From positions 3,959 through 20,211 of the forward strand of contig JAHDHF010000038.1 in assembly GCA_020631455.1 (NCBI GenBank): a DNA stretch of 16,253 bases, given 5' to 3'. Source of the DNA: Saprospiraceae bacterium. GTDB taxonomy: Bacteria > Bacteroidota > Bacteroidia > Chitinophagales > Saprospiraceae. Shown here piece by piece: positions 6,831-16,018 of the stretch (positions are counted from its first letter, which is position 1; the number at the start of each line of letters is the position of its first letter). The notes under the pieces are model-generated. The model was not told the DNA's origin, did not search any database, and worked only from the letters and a program-made list of their open reading frames with translations. Position numbers and translations under genes: made by a program.

Positions 6831-8180
6831 ATGAGCCAAGAGGAGGTGACGACATTTGAAGAACTCGGCATACCGCGCCACTATCGCGGTGTGCTTGATG
6901 AGCAAGAGATCACGACGGCGTCTCCGATACAAGCGCGCGCCATCAAGCCGATCAAAGCTGGGCAAGATGTGATCGGGATTGCGCCGACAGGTACAGGCAA
7001 GACGCTAGCATTTTTGCTGCCAGTGATGACGCTGCTGCAGCGCCCAGATGGCGACTGGCCTCGCGTGATCGTGATGTCGCCGACCAAGGAGCTTGCGCTG
7101 CAAGTCGCTCATGTAGCAGAAGGGTTGAGCCATGCTGCTGGGCTGCGAGTCGCTTGTTTACATGGTGGACGTGGCAAGAAAAAGCAAGAAGAACTGATCG
7201 CCGAAGGACTCGACCTGATCGTTTGCACACCAGGCCGCTTGAATGAATTGGCTTATGGTAATCAGCTTTCTTTGAAAAAAGTGAAGCATCTGATCCTTGA
7301 CGAAGCAGACAAAATGATGGACATGGGCTTTTTGCCACAGCTCCATCAGTTGCTTGATATACTGCCGCGTCGGCGACAGAATTTATTATTCTCGGCGACA
7401 TTTCCTGACAAAGTCAAAGTCTTGAGTGATGACTTTCTGTTGAGCCCGACTCGTATCGAAATCGCGCCCCAATCGACGCCTGTCGAAACGGTCAAGCAGC
7501 ATATTTTTTATGTGCCCAATGATCAGACAAAACTCAATCTGCTTATTCATCTTTTGCTCGACGAAGAAGCCGTTTATCGCGTTATTGTTTTTTGCAGAAG
7601 TAAATCTGATGTCACGCGCGTAGAAGCTGGTCTCAAAGCAGCCAAAGTCATGGGCAAGCGAGCAGTCTTGCACGCCAATAAAAATATGAACACACGCATT
7701 AATGCGATGCAAGCATTTCGCGATGGCGAGATTCGGATTTTAATAACAACTGATATCGCTGCGCGTGGCATTGATGTCAAGGACGTGAGCCACGTTATTA
7801 ACTATAATGTGCCGAAATTATCAGAAGAATATGTTCACCGCATCGGTCGCACAGGGCGCATGCATCGCGATGGTATCGCCTTGACATTTGTAGATCCGAG
7901 TGAGATTTATAATCTCAAGAAAATACAAAAACTCATCGGCATGAAAATCGACGAAGCATCAATTCCTGCTGAAGTCGAGATGCCAATGACGAGCAAAGAA
8001 GAATTGATCGAACAAGCGCGCGAAATTGATCAACAGCGACGAAAAGAAGATCCGAATTTCAAAGGCGCGTTTCATCAAAAAAAACATCCCAAGAAAAAGA
8101 AATTCGAAAAAGAAAAACGCAGAAGCAAACAGCCGCAACGCTTTATAAGTAACACAAGCAAAAAGAAAAAACGCAACTAA
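6831..8180 (+). CDS. DEAD-box ATP-dependent RNA helicase with a Lys-rich C-terminal tail
   Basis: The motifs TFEELGI...PIQ (Q motif), APTGTGKT (I), LILDEAD (II), SAT (III) and HRIGRTGR (VI) are present, plus a KKKxKKEKRR tail. ATG 6831 (MSQEEVTTFEELGI) is preferred over 6816. Confidence 0.9.
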   Translation: MSQEEVTTFEELGIPRHYRGVLDEQEITTASPIQARAIKPIKAGQDVIGIAPTGTGKTLAFLLPVMTLLQRPDGDWPRVIVMSPTKELALQVAHVAEGLSHAAGLRVACLHGGRGKKKQEELIAEGLDLIVCTPGRLNELAYGNQLSLKKVKHLILDEADKMMDMGFLPQLHQLLDILPRRRQNLLFSATFPDKVKVLSDDFLLSPTRIEIAPQSTPVETVKQHIFYVPNDQTKLNLLIHLLLDEEAVYRVIVFCRSKSDVTRVEAGLKAAKVMGKRAVLHANKNMNTRINAMQAFRDGEIRILITTDIAARGIDVKDVSHVINYNVPKLSEEYVHRIGRTGRMHRDGIALTFVDPSEIYNLKKIQKLIGMKIDEASIPAEVEMPMTSKEELIEQAREIDQQRRKEDPNFKGAFHQKKHPKKKKFEKEKRRSKQPQRFISNTSKKKKRN

Positions 8181-8217
8181 AAAAGCGGCTGCTTCGAATG
8201 AAGCAGCCGCTTTTTTT
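8181..8217. terminator. Bidirectional Rho-independent terminator between the convergent helicase and DUF1573 genes
   Basis: It reads AAAA-GCGGCTGCTTC-gaat-GAAGCAGCCGC-TTTTTTT. This is a perfect 11-bp GC-rich stem flanked by an A-tract and a T-tract, immediately after the helicase stop at 8180. Confidence 0.85.
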
Positions 8218-8237
8218 AGTTCAATTCTTAATAGAAA

Positions 8238-8789
8238 CTAGAATTTCAAAACAACCTCGCCATTCATTTTGAGTACGACAGGTTTGACATTTTCTTGCGT
8301 CGTGTAGACAGTGACCAGTTTCGTAAATGGACCAAAATCAGAAGCATCATACGTCGCGACAATTTCAGCAGTTTCGCCTGGCATGATCGGTGCCTCAGGG
8401 TAGACGATATCCGTACAACCACAGGAGCCTTTTGCCTTAGTGATGATGATCGGCTCTTCAGATGTATTCGTAAATGGGTACGCCACTTTCACAGGCTTAT
8501 TGTGATCGATTGCGCCGAGATTGACGACTTCTTTATCCCAGCTCCACACGTCGATGTATTCGATTTCTTCTTCCTCATCGAGTTGGGCGACCTCAGCGTC
8601 ATCGGCTTTTTCGGCTTCATCTTTAGGTTCGAGACTTTCGACATCAGCCTTCATCTTTTCAAGAAGAGCCTTGACGGTCGAAGCAGGAGTCTCAGCGCCT
8701 TTTGCCGTAAATTCAGACTCTGCTTTTTGAGCAGACAATCCAGCTACGAGTAAAAAACAAGCGACTAAAGAACAAATAGAACGTATCAT
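8238..8789 (-). CDS. DUF1573 domain-containing secreted protein
   Basis: A signal peptide (MIRSICSLVACFLLVAGLSAQ) is followed by an acidic linker. The C-terminal DUF1573 block carries the KGSCGCTDIVYPEAPIMPGETAEI motif. Confidence 0.7.
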   Translation of the reverse strand: MIRSICSLVACFLLVAGLSAQKAESEFTAKGAETPASTVKALLEKMKADVESLEPKDEAEKADDAEVAQLDEEEEIEYIDVWSWDKEVVNLGAIDHNKPVKVAYPFTNTSEEPIIITKAKGSCGCTDIVYPEAPIMPGETAEIVATYDASDFGPFTKLVTVYTTQENVKPVVLKMNGEVVLKF

Positions 8790-8819
8790 CTCTAACAGTT
8801 TTATGCATTTTGGACGTCA

Positions 8820-8850
8820 CAAATTTAATTTGTCACGCATTTTTCAACTT
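8820..8850 (-). promoter_or_regulatory. Candidate Bacteroidota sigma-A promoter (-7 TAAATTTG, upstream TTG) for the DUF1573 gene, overlapping the inverted repeat GTCACAAATTtAATTTGTCAC
   Basis: The minus-strand TAAATTTG (plus 8820-8827) matches the TAnnTTTG -7 consensus about 30 nt upstream of ATG 8789, with a TTG 17 nt further upstream. A near-perfect 10-bp inverted repeat and a TGACGTCA palindrome overlap the same region. Confidence 0.3.
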
Positions 8851-8914
8851 CTTTTAGACTTCAAAAGTTTGACTCAGGTTGCACCTTTTCAAATCATTTA
8901 ACATCCAAACGACA

Positions 8915-9080
8915 ATGGGCCATCCCTCCATTCAAGAAGCCTCTATCGAGGCTCTTTCATGTCGGGTCGCTATGCTCCGTGGCTCGCTATTCGCTCGGCC
9001 TCATCGCTGCATTCGCAGCTTTTGAGTCTAGCCTTTCGGCTACCACTTCGCAGCGCTTGTCCAGAGCAGCTTGTTTGATC
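8915..9080 (+). repeat. Family-A intergenic repeat, copy A2
   Basis: ATGGGCCATCC is followed by an imperfect copy-specific hairpin (8924-8966). The conserved core GGTCGCTATGCTCCGTGGCTCGCTATTCGCTCGGCCTCATCGCTGCATTCGCAGC...TAGCC-tttc-GGCTACCACTTCGCAGCGCTTGTCCAGAGCAGC then follows. Confidence 0.8.
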
Positions 9081-9151
9081 CGTTGATCAAGTAAGAAGTA
9101 TGCTTCATTTTAGACAACATTCGAGCCACTTCAAACATTCCATAAACAACT

Positions 9152-10390
9152 ATGAAAATTCATATACTCACAATCGGAGACGAGCTGCTTATCGGCCAAG
9201 TACTCGACACAAATGCGCATTGGATCTCAAAGACATTAACCGAAATCGGAGTAGACATTCATTCTCGCTCGACAGTAAGCGACAATCAGCTCCTGCTCAA
9301 ACAAGAAATAGAGCGAGTTTCGCAAGAAGTTGACCTCGTACTCATGACAGGCGGCCTCGGCCCTACACGCGATGATGTCACGACAAAAGTCCTTGCAGAG
9401 CTGACAAATGACACCCTTCAATTTCACGACCAGACGTGGCTGCGCCTCAAATCCTTTCTCAATCAATACAAGCGCGAGCCAAATAATCTACATCGGCAGC
9501 AATGTCATCTACCTTCAAAAGCCACACTTCTGACCAATTCACAAGGAACAGCTCCCGGAATGTGGCTTTCGTACGGCGACACTGTTCTTTTGAGTTTGCC
9601 CGGAGTCCCTTATGAAATGAAAGCTCTCATTCATGAGCAAGTCATCCCAAAACTTCAGGCAGAATATCATTTACCACCTTCATTTCGCAAAACCATTATG
9701 ACGATCGGAATGGGCGAATCAGAAATTTCTGAAACAATAGATGATATCGAAACATCACTTCCAGATCACATTTCAATAGCCTTCTTACCGAGACTTGGTA
9801 GAGTACGCATTCGATTGACTGGCTATGGAGATGATCTAAACAACGTCAAGCAAGATGTCCTGCGCATTTCAGACCAAATCGTCAAACGGATTCAGCATCT
9901 CGTTTATGGCTTTGACGACATAGAGTTTGAGCAGCATATCATTGATATTCTCAAGCAGCATCACATGATGCTTGCCACAGCCGAGAGCTGCACGGGAGGA
10001 TTGATCGCCCGAAAGATTACTTCCATTTCTGGTTCTTCAGCAGTTTTTGCTGGCAGCGTTGTAGCATACAGCAACGACGTCAAGAAAAAACTCCTTGGTG
10101 TTCAAGCTACAACACTCAATGCTTACGGAGCAGTCAGCGAAGAAACAATTAGAGAAATGATAAATGGCGTTTTAGAAGCAACTGGTGCAGACATCGCGCT
10201 CGCTACATCTGGCATAGCTGGCCCTACTGGCGGCACTCCCGATAAACCAGTTGGCACAATTTGGATTGCAGTCGGTACAAAGGAAAACACGAAAACCAAA
10301 TTGCTTCAACTCTCGCGTGATCGAGCCAAAAATGTTGAGATCACAGCATTATTTGCAATGAATATGCTGAGGCGTTTACTAAGCGCCTAA
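9152..10390 (+). CDS. cinA: CinA family competence/damage-inducible protein (MoCF-like N-domain plus CinA/PncC-like C-domain)
   Basis: The N-terminus is the canonical MKIHILTIGDELLIGQVLDTNAHWISKTL. The C-terminal CinA domain carries LATAESCTGGLIARKITSISGSSAVFAGSVVAYSNDVK. Confidence 0.9.
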   Translation: MKIHILTIGDELLIGQVLDTNAHWISKTLTEIGVDIHSRSTVSDNQLLLKQEIERVSQEVDLVLMTGGLGPTRDDVTTKVLAELTNDTLQFHDQTWLRLKSFLNQYKREPNNLHRQQCHLPSKATLLTNSQGTAPGMWLSYGDTVLLSLPGVPYEMKALIHEQVIPKLQAEYHLPPSFRKTIMTIGMGESEISETIDDIETSLPDHISIAFLPRLGRVRIRLTGYGDDLNNVKQDVLRISDQIVKRIQHLVYGFDDIEFEQHIIDILKQHHMMLATAESCTGGLIARKITSISGSSAVFAGSVVAYSNDVKKKLLGVQATTLNAYGAVSEETIREMINGVLEATGADIALATSGIAGPTGGTPDKPVGTIWIAVGTKENTKTKLLQLSRDRAKNVEITALFAMNMLRRLLSA

Positions 10391-10451
10391 AATCGGTTAA
10401 TTTTGCAGCTTGAAACGACACCTTTTTTCCTTCATCACAGACTGAGAAAAC

Positions 10452-11789
10452 ATGGCTACGATTAATGTTATCCTCCCAAAAATGGGAGAAAGTATTACAG
10501 ACGCAACAATCCTTACTTGGGTTAAGCAAGTTGGAGATACCATCGAGCTCGACGAAACAATCGTTGAAATCGCTACAGACAAAGTTGATTCAGAAGTCCC
10601 TTCGCCTGCAGCTGGTGTTATTTCTGAGATTCGCTGCAATGAAGGAGATGTCGTTCCTGTTGGCGATGTCATCGCGGTCATCACAACAGAAGGTGGAGAG
10701 GAAACAACAAGTTCTCCTGAGACGACTCAAGAAGTATCAGAACCTCAAGAAGTTGTCGAAGTAGCTCCAATTGCAGTTGCAGAAGCTCCAGTGACATCAA
10801 ATGGTCAAGCACATACTTCGGATCGATTCTATAGCCCACTTGTCAGAAGCATGGCAAAGAAAGAAAGTATTTCGCTTTCTGAACTAGACACTTTAGCTGG
10901 ATCTGGACAAAATAATCGCTTCACAAAAAGCGATATGCTTGCATACATCGAAAACAGGGGTACAGCTCCTGCCCCACAAGCACAAGCTGCTCCGCAACAA
11001 AAAGTGGCAGTGGCTGCTGCTTCACAAGCGGCTCCTAGTAGTGACATCAACCTCAATCAGTACACATCGTCTACAGATGGCAATGTAGAGATCATTCAGA
11101 TGGATCGCATGCGCAAGCTGATCGCCGATCACATGGTCGCATCTAAGCGCATTTCACCACACGTTACTTCTTTTGTTGAAGCTGACATGACACCAATCTT
11201 CGAGTGGCGCGAAAAAAATAAAGCAGCATTCCTAGACAAATACGGTGTCAAAGTCACGTTCATGCCGATTATTATGGAGGCGATCACCAAAGCAATTGGT
11301 GATTTCCCGATGATTAATGTCTCTGTCGATGGAGACAAAATCATCAAAAAACATGATGTCAATATCGGCATGGCAACAGCTCTACCGAATAACAACTTGA
11401 TTGTACCGGTCATTAAAAATGCCGATGCACTCAATCTAGTTGGTTTAGCAAAAGCAGTTGGCGACCTTGCTAATCGTGCTCGCAATAACAAGCTCAAACC
11501 AACAGATATTCAAGACGGCACATTTACATTGACCAACGTTGGTTCATTTGGCAATCTCTCTGGAGTTCCGATTATCAATCAACCTCAAGTAGCGATCATG
11601 TCTGTTGGTGCAATCATAAAAAAACCTGGTGTAGTCGAAACAGAATTTGGCGATCTCATCGCCGTTCGCCGAAAAATGATGATCTCATTGAGTTATGACC
11701 ACAGAGTAGTCGATGGTTATCTCGGTGGCTCATTTTTACGCCGAGTGGCAGACTATTTGGAAGGATTTGATACGTCGCGTCCTATTTAA
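10452..11789 (+). CDS. 2-oxoacid dehydrogenase complex E2 component (dihydrolipoamide acyltransferase), with a single lipoyl domain
   Basis: The lipoyl-lysine motif IATDKVDSEVPSPAAG is present. An Ala/Pro-rich linker and an E3-binding-like segment follow. The catalytic domain carries SYDHRVVDG. Confidence 0.85.
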   Translation: MATINVILPKMGESITDATILTWVKQVGDTIELDETIVEIATDKVDSEVPSPAAGVISEIRCNEGDVVPVGDVIAVITTEGGEETTSSPETTQEVSEPQEVVEVAPIAVAEAPVTSNGQAHTSDRFYSPLVRSMAKKESISLSELDTLAGSGQNNRFTKSDMLAYIENRGTAPAPQAQAAPQQKVAVAAASQAAPSSDINLNQYTSSTDGNVEIIQMDRMRKLIADHMVASKRISPHVTSFVEADMTPIFEWREKNKAAFLDKYGVKVTFMPIIMEAITKAIGDFPMINVSVDGDKIIKKHDVNIGMATALPNNNLIVPVIKNADALNLVGLAKAVGDLANRARNNKLKPTDIQDGTFTLTNVGSFGNLSGVPIINQPQVAIMSVGAIIKKPGVVETEFGDLIAVRRKMMISLSYDHRVVDGYLGGSFLRRVADYLEGFDTSRPI

Positions 11790-11812
11790 TTCCTCCTTGA
11801 CGATCTTTTATT

Positions 11813-14023
11813 ATGATTCTTGCTCGACCATTTCGATCCATCATACTGTATAGTTTTCTTGTATGTTTATCAACAAATCTACTAGCGCAACGCCCAGCAG
11901 CAAATGATACGCGTCAGCTAGAATCTATCTCCAAAAAGTATTTCAACAATGCCGATTACGATAAAGCATTACCTGTTTTACTTCAAATCAGATCGATCAA
12001 AGGAAAAAGTAAATCCTTAGACTATAAAATCGGAGTTTGCTATTTCTATAAGCAAGAGTATATAAGCTCTTCGGAATACCTTGCATACGTCGCAGAACAA
12101 AAAGACCCACCTGATAGGACTTTTGACTATCTCGCTAAGATCTTACATCGCTCGCATCGATTTGAAGATGCAGCCAAGATGTACAAAGTCTACCTTGGCA
12201 AACTCAAGCTCAAAGACGAAGAGCGCATCTTCGTAAAAAACGACATTCGACGCTGTTTATCTGGAATAAAGTCTACCCTCAGCCCTGCTGATATCATTGC
12301 AGAAAATCTAGGAGACAATATCAATACAGCTGGAGACGAGTATCGCCCAGTCGAATCCAACAAACAAGAAACAATTCTTTACTTCACAGCTTTACGCAAT
12401 ACAAATACTGGTGGATTAAGTGCTGCTGGAAAAGTCGATGGCGTCAAACAGATGCGCTACAAAACTGATGTTTTTCAAACAACACTAAAGCGCGGTACAT
12501 GGTCAAAAGGTCAATCTTTAGATCGACGATACAATACTGGCTTTGACGAAGAGCTCCTTGCATTCTCAGAAGACGGTTCTCAAGCCTTTTTCTCACAATC
12601 TGCAAATAAAGAAGCTCCTGGCAAATCACTCAAAACAGCACTCTTTGACATGAGTGGTAGCGAAGAAACAAATGCTACGCTTCAACCGATGACGAGCCTC
12701 ATTGATGCTCCTGACACATGGCAAGGTGATTTCTTTGTTTTCAATGATACGACCTTTTTGTTTTCAAGCACGCGCCCAGGAGGGTTTGGCGGCAAAGATT
12801 TGTATGTAGTGACACGTAGTCCACGCACTGGCTATTGGTCCATGCCCCGCAATCTCGGAGCACAAATCAATACACCGTTTGATGAGACAGCTCCATTTCT
12901 AGCCCGTGACGGGCGCACCTTGTTTTTCAGCTCCAACAATACGCACAGTATTGGCGGCTTTGATATTTTCAAGGCAGTTTATGTTGATTCTTTACTGAAC
13001 TGGACGACACCGCAGAACATCGGACAACCGATCAACAGCGCATCAGATGACTCATATTATCGACTCGCCGACGACGGACTCAAAGCGTACTTCGCCAGCA
13101 ATCGTCACCAAGGCAATGGCGGCTGGGATATCTATCAAGGCTTCTTCAAAAAATATCAACGTGAGCACCTGTTTCCACGCAAGCCAGATGCGTTTGTCTA
13201 TGTCAATCAGCTAAACCGATACGAGATTGACGCACCAAAAGACGGCAGCATCACGCCATTCGAAGAAATCAAAACCTATATCATCGAGCCTGTTTCATTC
13301 AATGAGGACAACAATAGGCTCACACCAGCCATAAAAAAACAAGTCAACGACGTCATCAAAATGCTCATCGAGCATCCATATACTAATGTCGTCGTACACA
13401 GTCATACCGCCAATGACGCAGCCCGTCGATACAATCTCTACAGCAGCGTATTGAGAGCACGAGACATCGTTGATTACATGTCTCGCAACGGTGTCACCCG
13501 CGATCGAATCAGCATCATGGGCTTTGGAGCGACTTATCCGCTCGCTTGGGAAACCCAAGACAACGGGCAACCAAACGAGATCGCGCGCAAAGTCAATCGC
13601 AGAATCGAATTCCGTATTTACGGCACAGAAAACAGACCGCTCAAAGTCGAATACAAACGACCACTACTCAGCGGCAATATGGAAACATTTGATGCCAAGC
13701 CCTACTACGAAGCACTCGAAGGGCTCGCCTACCGCGTACAGATCACGTCAAGCAAGCAGATGTACAGCGGCGACGTCATCGAAATTTACAAAAACGTAGC
13801 CGTCGAAACCATCGCCCCAGATGACCAACTCATGCGGTACGCGATTGGACTCTTCTCTTCCTACTATACCGCCAAGTCGCTCAAAGACAAGCTCGCAGCA
13901 GATGGATTCGAAGACGCATTTATCGTCCCGTACATCAATGGTCGCCGCACCACACTCGAAGAAGCCCGAGAGTACACAGGTCTATATCCAGACCTTAACG
14001 CCTTCATCCGAGCATCCGAATAA
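11813..14023 (+). CDS. Multidomain envelope protein with a signal peptide, TPR region, TolB-like beta-propeller repeats, OmpA-like domain and a C-terminal SPOR-like domain
   Basis: The signal peptide is MILARPFRSIILYSFLVCLSTNLLAQ. TolB/WD40-like repeats are present (DEYRPVESNKQETILYFTA, FDETAPFLARDGRTLFFSSN, SDDSYYRLADDGLKAYFASNR). The OmpA C-like motif is NLYSSVLRARDIVDYM...NRRIEFRIY. The SPOR-like tail is YRVQITSSKQMYSGDV...YAIGLFSSYYTAKSLKDKLAADGFEDAFIV. Confidence 0.75.
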   Translation: MILARPFRSIILYSFLVCLSTNLLAQRPAANDTRQLESISKKYFNNADYDKALPVLLQIRSIKGKSKSLDYKIGVCYFYKQEYISSSEYLAYVAEQKDPPDRTFDYLAKILHRSHRFEDAAKMYKVYLGKLKLKDEERIFVKNDIRRCLSGIKSTLSPADIIAENLGDNINTAGDEYRPVESNKQETILYFTALRNTNTGGLSAAGKVDGVKQMRYKTDVFQTTLKRGTWSKGQSLDRRYNTGFDEELLAFSEDGSQAFFSQSANKEAPGKSLKTALFDMSGSEETNATLQPMTSLIDAPDTWQGDFFVFNDTTFLFSSTRPGGFGGKDLYVVTRSPRTGYWSMPRNLGAQINTPFDETAPFLARDGRTLFFSSNNTHSIGGFDIFKAVYVDSLLNWTTPQNIGQPINSASDDSYYRLADDGLKAYFASNRHQGNGGWDIYQGFFKKYQREHLFPRKPDAFVYVNQLNRYEIDAPKDGSITPFEEIKTYIIEPVSFNEDNNRLTPAIKKQVNDVIKMLIEHPYTNVVVHSHTANDAARRYNLYSSVLRARDIVDYMSRNGVTRDRISIMGFGATYPLAWETQDNGQPNEIARKVNRRIEFRIYGTENRPLKVEYKRPLLSGNMETFDAKPYYEALEGLAYRVQITSSKQMYSGDVIEIYKNVAVETIAPDDQLMRYAIGLFSSYYTAKSLKDKLAADGFEDAFIVPYINGRRTTLEEAREYTGLYPDLNAFIRASE

Positions 14024-14036
14024 TGACGGAATAATA

Positions 14037-14190
14037 ATGGGCCATCCCTTCATTTTCTAGTAAATATTCACTAGAAAATGAAGGGTCGCTATGCTCCGTG
14101 GCTCGCTGATCGCTCGGCCTCATCGCTGCATTCGCAGCATCTGAGTCTAGCCGAGCGGCTACCACTGCGCAGCGCTTGTCCACGCTGCTA
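14037..14190 (+). repeat. Family-A intergenic repeat, copy A3
   Basis: ATGGGCCATCC is followed by a perfect 16-bp copy-specific hairpin (CCCTTCATTTTCTAGT-aaatattc-ACTAGAAAATGAAGGG, 14046-14085). The conserved core GGTCGCTATGCTCCGTGGCTCGCTgATCGCTCGGCCTCATCGCTGCATTCGCAGC...TAGCC-gagc-GGCTACCACTGCGCAGCGCTTGTCC then follows. Confidence 0.8.
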
Positions 14191-14227
14191 CAATTCAATG
14201 CATCTTTGCAGTATAAAGAAAAACCCC

Positions 14228-15067
14228 ATGATCGAAATAGGTCAATACAACAGACTCGAAATCCTCCGCGAAACAAGCGTCGGGCTTTACCTCGGCGACG
14301 AAGAAGGCGAAGACGTTTTGCTGCCAAATAAATACTGCCCTGATCATTTTGAGATCGGAGATATGATTACCGTCTTTGTATACAGAGATTATGCAGAGCG
14401 CAAAATCGCAACAGACTTAATTCCGCATATTTATTTACATCAATTTGCATTATTAGAATGTGTCGATGTGACCGATATCGGTGCATTTATGGAATGGGGA
14501 TTACAAAAGCATCTCATGGTGCCATTCAAGGAGCAGCGACAAGAGATGACCGCTGGTCGCTGGTATGTTGTCTACCTCGATCTCGACACCGAGACTGACC
14601 GACTCTACGGCAGCAACAGATTTGAAAAATGGATCAACAACGAAACACTTACTGTACAAGAAAAAGACGAAGTCGAAGTGTTAATTTATAGAAAGACGCA
14701 GCTCGGATATCTCGCTATCATCAATAATAAACACAAAGGACTCCTCTACAAAAATGAAGTCTTTAAAGAATTAAGAATCGGCGAAAAACGAACAGCATTT
14801 ATTAAAAAAATACGCGAAGAAAATAAAATTGACCTCTCATTGCAGCCGATCGGCTACAAGCAATTTAATAGTAAAAATGCCGAGCTCATCTACAAACGCA
14901 TTGAGCAAGCTGGAGGCATGCTCTACATGACAGACAAGAGCGACCCCGATGATATTTATGACGAATTTGCTATTAGCAAAAAAGCATTTAAAAAAGCTGT
15001 CGGCGAGCTTTACAAAAATCGAAAAATAACAATTGAGAAAAAAGGGCTTCGTCTTGTCAAAGAATAA
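14228..15067 (+). CDS. CvfB/YitL-family S1-like RNA-binding protein
   Basis: MIEIGQYNRLEILRETSVGLYLGDEEGEDVLLPNKYCP and repeated S1-like segments fit the CvfB family. The ORF-track start at 14078 is an ATG inside repeat A3, so ATG 14228 is preferred. Confidence 0.75.
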   Translation: MIEIGQYNRLEILRETSVGLYLGDEEGEDVLLPNKYCPDHFEIGDMITVFVYRDYAERKIATDLIPHIYLHQFALLECVDVTDIGAFMEWGLQKHLMVPFKEQRQEMTAGRWYVVYLDLDTETDRLYGSNRFEKWINNETLTVQEKDEVEVLIYRKTQLGYLAIINNKHKGLLYKNEVFKELRIGEKRTAFIKKIREENKIDLSLQPIGYKQFNSKNAELIYKRIEQAGGMLYMTDKSDPDDIYDEFAISKKAFKKAVGELYKNRKITIEKKGLRLVKE

Positions 15068-15071
15068 TCAA

Positions 15072-16007
15072 TTAATGTTTGATAAATCGCCGAACATTAA
15101 ACTCACCTGAATCCAAAAAGAAAATGAATGAATACGAACCTGGCGGCAAATACGATACATCTACTTCTTGGGTAGAATTACTCTGTACTGGCTCTACAAA
15201 ATGCCGCTTATAGCTACCGAGGCGATCGATCAAGGCATAGTGCGTTATTGCAGCTTCTGTATCAATATATATATTGTCACTTGCCACTGTCGGATAAAGT
15301 GATAATCGACTTTCATCTGCCTCTGAAATCGACACAGGGTTTTGTAAAGAATCCAACTCCCAGAGTGTATAGTTAGCGATAACTATATTAAAGACCGAAG
15401 TAGTATCATATTGGTGTAATTGAGTTTCTCTAGAAAATTGTTGGAAAGTAGAATTCTCTAAATCAATACTTAATTCTTGTCGGTCTTTCAAAAAATGTTC
15501 GTAATAAACTCCAGAATAAGCTGGTTGCGGAAAGCCTACATAACTATAATACCAATCAATTAAAACTGTATTATCATGTGCATCATGTAATATAGGATTA
15601 TCAAACAAAGTACTATCCCAACTAATCTTGACTTCGGGTGCATTGTTTGAGTAAATCTGTACCGTGTATACCCCCAAAATAACAGCCCAAGATGAATCAG
15701 TAAAAGAATTATTCGTTGCTCGATACTTTTCCATTATTTGCTTTTTCGATTGCCATTGACCGCCCCATGTATCAAGTAGACGTACTTCAAATTCTCCTTG
15801 TATAAGCGTCGTGTCAATATTGATTTCATTAAACTGTGGCTCAATGTCATAATCAACAGCTCGCGGATCATAACCAATGGTCACTCGATCTGTATAGCCA
15901 AGATTATTTTCAAAATACAAATCAAACTCAAATTCTGGTGTCCATTGAGCAAGCAAAGGAGGGATTTGAATGAAAGCAAATAAAAAAACAATCAATAAAT
16001 TTTTCAT
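15072..16007 (-). CDS. Hypothetical secreted protein of unknown function with a T9SS C-terminal sorting domain (AT-rich gene)
   Basis: A signal peptide is present (MKNLLIVFLFAFIQIPPLLAQ). The C-terminus LSLYPTVASDNIYIDTEAAITHYALIDRLGSYKR...VDVSYLPPGSYSFIFFLDSGEFNVRRFIKH matches the type-A CTD pattern. GC content is about 35% by eye, against roughly 47% in the neighbours. It is convergent with cvfB, with a 4-nt gap between stop codons. Confidence 0.65.
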   Translation of the reverse strand: MKNLLIVFLFAFIQIPPLLAQWTPEFEFDLYFENNLGYTDRVTIGYDPRAVDYDIEPQFNEINIDTTLIQGEFEVRLLDTWGGQWQSKKQIMEKYRATNNSFTDSSWAVILGVYTVQIYSNNAPEVKISWDSTLFDNPILHDAHDNTVLIDWYYSYVGFPQPAYSGVYYEHFLKDRQELSIDLENSTFQQFSRETQLHQYDTTSVFNIVIANYTLWELDSLQNPVSISEADESRLSLYPTVASDNIYIDTEAAITHYALIDRLGSYKRHFVEPVQSNSTQEVDVSYLPPGSYSFIFFLDSGEFNVRRFIKH

Positions 16008-16018
16008 TTCACCTTGTT

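Noticed and set aside
6952-7780. Minus-strand ORFs (6952..7401, 7158..7346, 7386..7712, 7574..7780) inside the DEAD-box helicase gene
   Set aside because: They are antisense to a gene with all canonical helicase motifs. They have no start context or motifs.
8295-8753. ORFs 8295..8753(+) and 8521..8730(+) opposite the DUF1573 gene
   Set aside because: They are antisense to a gene with a signal peptide and a DUF1573 signature. They are low-complexity Ser/Phe-rich translations.
9100-9333. ORF 9100..9333(+) overlapping the cinA start
   Set aside because: It is out of frame with cinA, whose N-terminus is canonical from ATG 9152.
10397-11497. ORFs 10397..10684(-), 10465..10764(+), 10829..11056(-) and 11129..11497(-) overlapping the E2 gene
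   Set aside because: They are embedded alternative-frame ORFs. The E2 frame carries the lipoyl and SYDHRVVDG catalytic motifs.
13470-14060. ORFs 13470..13799(+), 13821..14060(+), 13295..13570(-) and 14004..14327(-) around the 3' end of the OmpA/SPOR gene and repeat A3
   Set aside because: They are out of frame with the OmpA-like and SPOR-like domains. The 14004..14327 ORF is the antisense of the GC-rich A3 repeat.
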